NCBI RefSeq assembly: GCF_009914755.1 | Contig: NC_060947.1 | DNA: 64,000 nt | Direction: 5' to 3' (one strand) | Source of the DNA: the human T2T-CHM13v2.0 reference genome, Homo sapiens | Shown: in pieces, positions 53,691-64,000 of the stretch | How positions within the stretch are numbered: position 1 is the first letter of the stretch | How the letters are laid out: every line of letters starts with the position of its first letter | Position numbers and translations under genes: made by a program | The notes under the pieces: generated by a model | Database searches by the model: none | Seen by the model: only the letters and a program-made list of their open reading frames with translations | Told to the model about the DNA's origin: nothing

Positions 53691-54322
53691 CACTTCACAA
53701 GGCATTTTCTTCAACAGCAAGTCGGAAATCTCATGAGCCTAAGGCAGAATCCACCTGTGGCCTCTGGTTACAACCCACAGGACTGAAAATCCTTCCAGCC
53801 ACAGCAACTGGTGAATTTCCTGGTCAATTGCCACAAGTCATGAGCTGAACCCCACTTGAGTTTCAGTTCAGGCAGAACTCTAGAGACGACTAGGGCAAGC
53901 TAGACAGCGACTGCAGAGCCTTTTGTTGCAGCGTGAGCAGTCCTCAGCTGTTGACATCACTGGGGAGCAAACGAGGACCAGGAGCGGTGAAAGGACAGTG
54001 TCTGCTGCAGATTGTCGTAGCACCCAAGGAACACTCCAGAAAGCCTCCTAAGCAGTAACAAGTGTGGCAAGGTGTAGCCCAGCCAACAGTGGCATCTGCG
54101 AGGCGTCCCCTCCTTCCTCCCACTACCCCGTATACCCTGGGACCTGTGCACTGAAGGACTCATTCTAAAGGCTGTGCCCCTGCAGCCGCCAGCCTCACTC
54201 ACTGGCTGCCTGTGCCAGCTAGAGATTTCTTTCCTCTGAGGCTGGCTGAGAGGACCACTCCAGTTTCCTGGCCCATCCAGCAAAGAAGATACACATCATG
54301 CACGTGTAAAATGAGGAACCGG

Positions 54323-54328
54323 TTTATT
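54323..54328 (-). terminator. TMEM185A polyadenylation signal (3' UTR ~1.45 kb)
   Basis: TTTATT on the + strand downstream of the stop at 55764. Confidence 0.7.
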
Positions 54329-55763
54329 GAACAGCTTAAGGAGAGCAAAAATAGTGGCTTTAGCTACATTTTTTACACACTGAGCAGGAAAGTCTAAACC
54401 ATCCCGTTCCCCTGTACCCCAAAGAGAACAGGGCTTGCTGGAGGCCAGTGCCAAGGGCGGAGTCGTGCTCGCAGCAGACTTGAATTAACCCCATGTAGGC
54501 CGGCGAGCAGTTGCCCGCGTGAAAACACCACCCTCTTCTCCTGGCTGAGAAGATCAAAGCTCTTTTTTTACCCTCTTTTCAGCAAAGGACCTATTTGTTT
54601 TCAGGCAGGAGGATGTTAAACTTGCAGCCTCTGACACACGGTGGAACCTGCAGTGCTTGGAGAAACGGCACGCACACGTGAAAACATCATGCCTACTCCA
54701 AAGCCTTCTTGTTGCTGGCAGGAGGGAAGCTTGAGACTTTCCCACGCATAGTCGTGACCCGCGTGGCCGTTTCTGCTCTCAGCAACATTCTCTAGTGTTC
54801 CGGCTTCAAGCAGCGCTTGTCAGGTTTGAAGCTAGCCACTATTCTGAGAACGTCAGAAAAGCATGGACCATCTCTTGCTTGGTGTTGCCGTTGTGGCAGT
54901 AGCAGCTACTACGTACCTGCACGAGTTCCAGGGCAGAAGTGGCAATGTCCCATGAAGGCATGGCACCCCACGGGGGGGGGGGGGGAGTGTGCCACGGGCG
55001 TCCACTTCTGCAGCAGAAGGCATGTGCCTACAGCACAAGCTTGTAAAAAAATACTTGAACAGAATATGCTGTACAGAACTAGGGGTTAACACCGCATATG
55101 AAGATGCTAAAACATTTGTATAAATACTCTGTATACAAGCATGGAGTCACTCCCGTAGAAAGGGCTCATCCGTGAGGCTATGAAAAACTGCTGTCAGCAT
55201 GCCCAAAGAGAAACTACTTCCACAGTAGGAACAGAAAAAAGGACTGTGCTGTGTCTAAACACGTGGTGCATCAGAGACATAGTTACAGTTCCTACTGACT
55301 GCCCCAGCCACGACCTGGGAGTGCTGAGGACCTGGGAGTGCTCAGCGAGCTGCAGGAGGTCAGCCCTGTGGAGAAATACATTTCTAAACAATACTTTTGA
55401 TTGGGATTTCAGCACCGTATAGACAGATGTTCCTTCTGGGGGCCTGGCAAGCAGCCATCTCCCAGTGGGTCTGACGGGGAAGAGGGGTACCTGGAGCCCC
55501 TCCCAGACAGACGGTAATCCCACCCCTGTTCTCACACTCTTCCTGGCATCCGCATCTGCTGGCACACACCCCCGTCACCTGCCACTTCCGCGTCCCGTCG
55601 TGGTGAGTGGCTGATAGGCGCTGGATGCAAACAAGGCATGAGATGGACGTACCTGGAGACCCAGCTCCAGTACTGGTTCTGGTCTGCGGGGTGAACGAGG
55701 GGGCAGAGGAAGGCGGAGAGAGTGCGTCCCAGTCCACTTAAGCTCTGTCCCCGGAAGTGGCAT

Positions 55764-56060
<297 letters not shown>

Positions 56061-56254
56061 TTAACTTTCTTTCCGTAACAAGAAGTTTCACTCCTACAAT
56101 GTCATAACATACTTTATCCAGACTCCTGAGTCACAAAGCCTGAACAGGGCTTGAGTACCCAAAATGGGGAAGAAGTGCAAATGCTAGCTCTGTGGTGCTT
56201 GGAGTGGGGTTCCCGGACCGGCAGGGACAGCGTCCACGGGGCCTAGTTAGGGAT

Positions 56255-56390
56255 GCCATTCTCGGGCCCCAGCCCAGACCTCCAGAAACTGAGTCGGGCT
56301 AGGGTGGGCTCCAGCGGTCCCCTTTTCCTGGCCCTTTTGGGATTCTGCTGGATGCCCAAGTTTGAGAACTACTGCTCCAGTGAGTCTCAA
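56255..56390. mobile_element. MER5A-like hAT fragment
   Basis: 'cccagcccagacctccagaaactgag' and 'aagtttgagaactactg'. Confidence 0.55.
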
Positions 56391-57308
56391 AATATCTGTG
56401 GTGCGCAGACTACGGTGTCTTCCGCTAATCTTCTCCAGCCAGGATAAACTCATGGATGACAGTGCCACCCAAGAACAAGATTTCTGTCACCCTCTGGAAT
56501 CCGTGAGGGCGGTAGTCATGCACGGGTCCTGGCCAGGAGGGGGCCTGAACTCATGGAGCCACCTTAAAGCCACTTTCCCAGTCCCACTACTCCTCTCTGT
56601 AGGCTACTGGAGTGTCAGCTCGGTGCAAGCCCTCCCTGCTCCCGGGGGCGGGGTGGGGGCCAGAGGCACAAACAGCAAGCACAGCCCGGGCTGCTGGGCT
56701 GCAGTGAGGCCCTGCCCCCAAACCCACTGGCTTTCCGAAGGGCAATGCTCTGGGCTTCCGTGCCATGGAGCTCACAGCCTTGCCAGGAAGGCACCCTCTG
56801 CAGAGATCGTTTTGGAAGTGTCTGCCTCAGCAAGCAGGTGGAGGGGAATAGAGTGTTAGCAAGGCAAGACAGGCAAGACTCGGGTGATGGCAGCAAGGAT
56901 ATGGGGGAGGCAGAGCGGCCAACAGGGACCTAGGATGAATCCCAGGTTTGGGTGGGAGATGTGGATTTTCCATCAAACCCTCCCGGGCCTGGGAAGAATC
57001 TGTCTTGATCCCCATTTTGCAGAGGAGGGAACGGGATCTCTGAGAGGTTGCCTGCCGTGTCTGGTTCTACCTCAAATGGCAGCGTGCACTGCGAGAAAAG
57101 TCCCGGTGCAGGCCAGCAGAACACCAGAGTTACGGCATGCCCTTCCCTTAGAAGGTCCCAGAATTTCCTCAGCCCTCACTTTCCCACACAAGCTTCTAAA
57201 TTGGGGCCCTCGGGGACTCATCCCTTCCTAGACTTCTATCCGCCACCCCCCACCCCCTGGTCCCCCCCCAGACACACACCAAGGACTTCTGAAATGCTGA
57301 GTACATAC

Positions 57309-57432
57309 AGTGGTTTCCTCCCTTCTGTCCAAATGTGGTTGCCATCAGCGTGATCAACGAGAGCCAAAGGGGGACAAAGATCGGGATGCAGGAGAAGGCG
57401 TTGTGGCCATCCAGTTTGTGAACCAGCAGAAT
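57309..57432 (-). CDS. TMEM185A: TMEM185A internal coding exon
   Basis: Acceptor tttctttAG, ILLVHKLDGHNAFSCIPIFVPLWLSLITLMATTFGQKGGNH, donor T|GTATGT. Phase matches the last exon. Confidence 0.92.
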
Positions 57433-57988
57433 CTAAAGAAAGAGACATAGTCCCGGTTGATGCCAGCACCGAAAATGGGCAGAGGCGGAAGCCAGACTTC
57501 ATTAGGCAGTTCCTCCCCACCACCCCACCCCCGCGTGAGCTCCCACAAGAGGGAACATCAGCACCGCCAGAAAAAGGCAGGAAACCACCTATCCCTGGGG
57601 AAAGCTCGAAATGAGCTTTTATGTCCCTCTTCAGAGCTCGGCAATAGCCTATCCACTTGAAAAGTTCCCAGTGCCAGCAGTTTTATGGCAAACTCCTCCG
57701 GGTGTTTGTTCTAAGGAGTCAACAGCTCCCATTCTAGAATTCTCCACGTGACTCCAATACACAAATCTGACATCCCACTCTGCTTTCCCCAGAGTGGAAA
57801 CTGGAGCCATACAGAGGCACCATGGCTAAAAAGGTGCACTCTTCTCCCTGCCAGCCCCACGTGCTGCCCCCAAGAGAAAGGAAGGATGCTCTCCTTTCAC
57901 CGAAGCTCCCTCTCGGAGATGGCTGTGTTCTCTCCCCTCTCCTGGAGTGGGCTCACTGTGAGCTCGAGGGACAGAGGCTGCCTTTCTA

Positions 57989-58270
<282 letters not shown>

Positions 58271-59009
58271 TTAGAGCTTCCAACCTGGCCTCTGATGGAA
58301 GGCATCTTTAGCACCTTGCTGTGTCTGTCCAGTTAAGGCGGTCCTTCCCGTGAGCCGAATAAGGACCGTTCCATCTCCCAGGACTGCTGGGAGCATCGCT
58401 CAGGACAGAAAAGGTATGGTATGTTCACTATGGGGCCTGCTGCCACCAGGGGACACACACGCTCAGTGAGTCATCAGTCCCTCTTCCTTTGGGTGACAGA
58501 CAGCCCTGCACCTGGCTCCGCAGCCTCTACTCTTCCAGAGGCCCACTCTCCCACACTCTCTCAGGCTCCTCTAGGTTCTGCTGCCATCACAGCTTCCCGG
58601 GAAATGGGACACAACTGTCACCCTGTGCACACACACAAGATCTCACCCCAACAGACTCTCTTCACAGGCAACATTCCCACAACCTGCTGGGGGTACTTTG
58701 GCAACACAAATGGGAATGGGCTCCCCAGAAAGTCTGGCTGCCTGGGCTCCTAAGGATCCCTAACCTCACCCCTACCAAGTTAGTGAACTTGGCGGGTTGA
58801 TGCTGGATACAGGTTGATGCTGGATACGTAGCGCTGCCGGGTCCCCACCTCCACGGCAAGGGCGCATTCCCAGTATGTCCCTGTCGTACCAGGTAGACCT
58901 TGTCTCATCCACACACAAGCCCAGAGGACGAGTTCCGGGGGCGCCACTTGGCCAGGCTCCCCTGTGACACGTCTTCGCCCTCCTGCCCTGCCTCCTGGGA
59001 CGACACTCC

Positions 59010-60180
59010 TCCGTTCTCCCTTTTTATTAATTATCTATCATACAGTAGGAAAAGTGACCGTCTTCCTTTGGTGTGAGTTCCCTGAGTCTTCACACAAGTA
59101 GATTCACACAGCCGTTGGCAGGATGCAGAAGAGGTCTGTCACCCTGCAAAACTCTCCGTGCTGTCCCTTCACTATCACACCGTCCCCACCATTAGCCCCG
59201 GCAAACACTGATCTGTTCTCTCACTGTACTTTTGTCTCTGCTGGAACTTTATGTAGATGGCATCGCGAGACAAGTAACCTGTTGAGACTGGCTTCCCGCC
59301 ATCCACATAATGTCTCTAATGAGATTCATCCAAGTTGTTCCCTCCCTGTATCCACAGGTCGTTCCCTCTCAGATCTGAGTGGTATTCCATTGTATGGATG
59401 CCTACAGTTTATCTGACTGTCCGCTGAGGGTGGTTTGTGAAAACCAAACAAGGCCGCTATCCAAAATGCAAACAAGACTGCTACAAACACTGGTGTGTGG
59501 GTTTCTACAAGGCTGCGCGCTTTCACTTCTCTGGGGGTAAATCTTATACCCAGGAGTGGGGCAGCCAAGTCCCACGGGAAGTGCGCTTTTAACTGCATCA
59601 GAGATGGCCAAACCATTTTCTACAGTGCCCGTACCACCTGCCTTCCCGCCAGTAACACTGGAGTGTCCCAGTTCCTCTGCATCCTCCCAGGCACGTGGCC
59701 TCGTCAGTGTTGCTGAGTTTCACCATTCTGAAGCCATGTGTTTCGGGCCCTCATCCTGGTTGTAGTTTGTCTTCCCTAACCTGTAATGGCGTTGAGCATC
59801 TTTTCCTGTGCTTTTTCGCCATGTGTATATCCCCTTCGCAAATTGTCAACTCTTTTGCCAATTTTTAGGTGTTTCTTTTTGCAGTTTTGAGTTTTTAAGA
59901 GTTCTCTGTATGTTCTGGGTGCAAGTCAGTGTTTTGATGTGTGCTTTGCAAATATTTTCTCCCAGTCTGTGGCCTGTCTTCATTTCATTTTAATTTTGAG
60001 GAAGTCCAAATTTATGATTTCTCTCTCGTATGGACCATATTAACAGTGCCATTTCTAAGTACTCTCTGCCTAATTGCAAACCCCAAAGATTCTGTCCTAT
60101 GTTATTTCCTAACAGATCTATAGTTTTACATTTTCTTTTAGATCTATGATTTGAGTTGGCATACGAATTTTACTTCTCCT
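59010..60180 (-). mobile_element. Old L1M 3' region in a TMEM185A intron
   Basis: 'gagattcatccaagttgt', 'gtattccattgtatggatg' and 'ttgcaaatattttctcccagtctgtggc'. Confidence 0.75.
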
Positions 60181-61047
60181 GACCAGTTCTTGATTGTAGG
60201 TTTCTCTGCAGAGTCTATGCACAGCCTTTCTTCCCCGTTCCCCATTCTGTGATGAGATTCTCCTTTTTACTGAAGTTCCCTTCATGGGTGGAATGTTAGA
60301 TCTCAATAGGCTTCCTTGTTTTCTCTTGCTCACTATGGGAAACATGTACTCAGACTGCTTCATCAACTGGGATCTACAGAGGATGAAGGGCAGAAAAAAT
60401 CTTTCTTCTCATTTGTGGAAAGCTCTCAAAATTACTAATCTTTTTTTTCCCTGACAGTATCTTATACGAAAAAATTTGGTCTTGTTTAGATATGTTTCCT
60501 TCACGTCACAACAGAAACAGTTTTGAACCCAATGACCATTCTCCAGATACAGCACTGTGAAGTTGTAGGATGAGTGACTGAATATTTTTTATTATGAATG
60601 TTTTATCAAAGACTTTGGGCAGAAGTGATTATTCCCATCTTTAAATATGGAGTATACTTAGGTTCCCTTCATTTCTTCTCTGCTCCCAATTCTTTACTAT
60701 ACTTTTCACTTTTTAAGGGTAGCTATATTTAATACATAAAATATATTGTATGCAAAATTATACATCAAACAACAGAGAAAATAAAACCGAACAAAAACAC
60801 TAGCATGACCTTACCTCCCAGTGGCAATGGAACTCTTCTGCCTTTAGTCTCCATCTTTTTTCCATGCATTTAATAGTGGAATCTATACTGTGTTCTCTAA
60901 TTTCTACCTTGCCACTTATCTTTCTATCTCTGCATCCATCTACCCATTTATTCACAGTTAATTTCAACCAAATGCCCAGTAACTGAAGTCACAGTTTAGA
61001 AGCATGACATAGATGCCACCACCAGCAAGAGTGTAAATGGGTATGGC

Positions 61048-61181
61048 TTTTTTTTTTTTTCTTTTGAGACAGGGTCTTGCTACATTGCACAGGTTGGTCT
61101 CGAACTCCTGAGCTCAAGTGATCAGCTCACCTCGGCCTCCCAAAGTGCTGGGACTGTAAGTGTAAGCCACTGCGCCTGGCC
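61048..61181 (-). mobile_element. Alu monomer (FLAM-like)
   Basis: Single left-arm monomer. TSD GGTATGGCTTTT on both sides. Confidence 0.85.
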
Positions 61182-61729
61182 AGGTATGGCTTTTGGAAAA
61201 GCAAGTTGGCAGTGCAGTATACGTATATAGGAATCTCAAATAGTTCCCAACCTCTAGCTCAGTAACACTATTTCTGGACTATTTCCTAAGAAAACAACCA
61301 AAAAACAAAAGGCAAAAATTTTAATGCATAAACATATATACTGCAGTATGATTTAAAATCATTCAACACTGGCAACAATGGAAATACCATATTTTAGAAA
61401 TAAGAGGATGGTCTGATACATGCACTTGAAGAATATTTTGTATCAATTAAACTTTAGAAGTCATGTTTATAAAGACCTTTTATTAACATGATAAAATGTT
61501 TATGATACAACATTAAAACAAAAAAATCAGGATACAAAATGGTGCACACAGTTATATCCAAACTGTTTGTATAAAACACAGACATAAAAACACTAACCAT
61601 GTTATCTCCCCATGGTGGGATTATGGGTGACTATTAGGCTATTACTTCTGCTTGTCCGTCTTTTCCAAGCTTTGTACAGTGAATATGAATTACTTTTATA
61701 ATAAAAAAGAAGTTTATTTAAGGATTTTA

Positions 61730-61825
<96 letters not shown>

Positions 61826-63019
61826 CTAAAAATGAAGAGAAGAATCAGTTAAACAAAGTATAATTTGCATTTAATACTGCAGTAATTTGGTTAACACACT
61901 AAAAGACAATACACATTATAATACAGTGTAACTTGTATAATATTATATTGCACTGGAAACTCCTGATTTTCGGTACCAGAGGGGCACAGCAGTATTATGG
62001 CAAGGGGAAATGGGGCTCAGCCTGCTGCCTTGCCCCTCTGCTGCCTTGCCCTTTCTGGCCTGAGGCCTGAGCACAGATGAGAACCTTGTTTCCAGGTTCA
62101 CTGGGAACACAGGCTAGCTGCAATAGACCACTAAACTTCCTTCATGTCCCTACCAACAATACTGTCTACTCGAAACCATCCTTGTGCATCCTTCTTCTCA
62201 TACCTCGGTTTTGCCCTTGGACCCCACCCCTTCCTTTCAGGCTCCTTGAGGACCTTGTCACATCAAGCCATCAACTGTAGATTCCGTACTGTATCTTTAA
62301 CCCCACCTATTCCATTGATCCCTCCTAGCAGCACAGAAATGACTCCTTCTCATTAAAAACAAAAGCCCCGAAACCAGATAAACCCACCCCATCCTTTGAT
62401 CCAAGACCCCTCTTAGCCTCAGGTTTCTCTCTGCGAGACAGTAATGAATATGCAAGCCCCTACTATCTCATCTACCATTCCCAGCTTCCTTGTGATCTGG
62501 CCTCCACCCCCATGACCACCAGAAGACAGCTTTCATCAAAGTCACCGATAACCGGGAGGCAGCAAAAACACTTCAACTGGCATCCTACTGATACTGTGGA
62601 TGACTCTTTCCTTTTTGCTCCCCTCCTCCTGGCCATCTAGATCCCACCATACAGTCTTGGAGCCCTCTGGAGTGTTCTGGTAATTCCTTCTGTCTCCTTT
62701 TCCCCCTCCTTAAATGGTGATGCTCCGCAGAGCCACAAACTCAGTCTTCTCTCCCGACTAGGAAGACAGACACACAAACACACATATTTTCACTCACCCG
62801 CTGCACCCTGGACTGGGGGAGAAGAAATTTCAACCAGACCCTTGGTCTGCATTATTACCTCCTTCATGGTTAGTTCTCACATCTGTCTCCAACTTAGCCT
62901 TCCTGCTGCATAGCAGACCCAGCTGTGCATAGGCCACTCGGCTCTCCTAAAGGCACCTCAAATGAAGCCAGTCCCAAATAGAGATCATTATCGCCTGCAC
63001 TTAGAACCTTGTATCTCCT

Positions 63020-63391
63020 CTTTCTATAGCCTCCCATGTCACTTTCTATGGCCTCCCATGTCACTTTCTATGGCCTCCCATGTCACTTTCTATGGCCTCC
63101 CATGTCACTTTCTATGGCCTCCCATGTCACTTTCTATGGCCTCCCATGTCACTTTCTATGGCCTCCCATGTCACTTTCTATAGCCTCCCATGTCACTTTC
63201 TATAGCCTCCCATGTCACTTTCTATGGCCTCCCATGTCACTATGGCCTCCCATGTCACTTTCTATGGCCTCCCTTGTCACTTTCTATGGCCTCCCATGTC
63301 ACTTTCTATGGCCTCCCATGTCACTTTCTATGGCCTCCCATGTCACTTTCTATAGCCTCCCATGTCACTTTCTATAGCCTCCCATGTCACT
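63020..63391. repeat. 22-bp VNTR (CTTTCTATRGCCTCCCATGTCA) x17
   Basis: Read directly. One unit at 63240 lacks 4 nt. Confidence 0.97.
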
Positions 63392-64000
63392 TGGAGGCAC
63401 AACAGTGGTCTCATTTCTCAAGCCATGAGCCCGGGAATCACCCTGCATTCTTTTTCCCACACTGTCACGTTCAGTCACCACATCCTGTCCACTGTAAAGT
63501 CCAGATTTCTCCTGAATCCCGTGCCCACTTCCTATCCTGATGATGACTGCCTAGTGAGGCCTTCTTCGGCACCATCCGCCTACCACTTCAGCAACCCCTT
63601 ACTAACCTCCCGCCTCCAGCCCAAATGCCCTGCAGGCTGCTCCTCACTCTGGTAAAGTACATTCTTGCCCACAAAATTGAAATCTGGGACCAGGCCCAGA
63701 GCTTCCCAAAAGTTCTCAGTACATAGGTACATGGGGAATTTAGTAATTCCTCCATAGACCTCTAGGCCAAAAGAAATCCCTAATGTGGCTGGGAATGCCA
63801 ACAGTTGCACTGATTTAAGTAATTACATCTAACTTAGTAAGTATTTCTAAGTAGCCACTAGAAAAAATAATTCATATAAATCTAAAGAAAAATGTTAATA
63901 TTATTCTTAAATAACCAAAACTAATTCCCAGTGGGATGCGTGTGCCTGTCAGGTAGCTCACCATTTCCCACGCCTTGGAATCAGACAAGGTGCTCCCACT

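Noticed and set aside
63020-63391. CRISPR-like array or coding repeat
   Set aside because: Head-to-tail units with no spacers, in a eukaryotic intron with no cas genes. The 22-nt period cycles through reading frames.

Overview
Primate (almost certainly human) X-chromosome DNA from Xq28. Five protein-coding genes were reconstructed by hand from GT-AG splice sites. On the + strand is EOLA1/CXorf40A (ASCH domain, 158 aa). On the - strand are HSFX3 (333 aa), MAGEA9B (315 aa), HSFX2 (423 aa) and the last four coding exons of TMEM185A. Intergenic DNA is dense in LTR/ERV, L1, Alu, MIR/L2 and DNA-transposon remnants, many with readable target-site duplications (TSDs). Repeat family names and paralog symbols come from recall and gene order, not from a search. 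I found no new protein-coding system. The observations most worth following up are: (1) a ~120-nt near-perfect hairpin in the HSFX3 intron; (2) an old local duplicate of the MAGEA9B downstream flank that stops ~60 nt inside the MAGE-A 3' UTR and is fused to ERV internal sequence, suggesting a deleted 'ghost' MAGE-A gene; (3) a promoter module shared by HSFX3 and HSFX2 whose CRE appears to have lost its CpG on opposite strands; (4) a triplicated MAGEA9B promoter/first exon with splice-donor gain and loss between copies.
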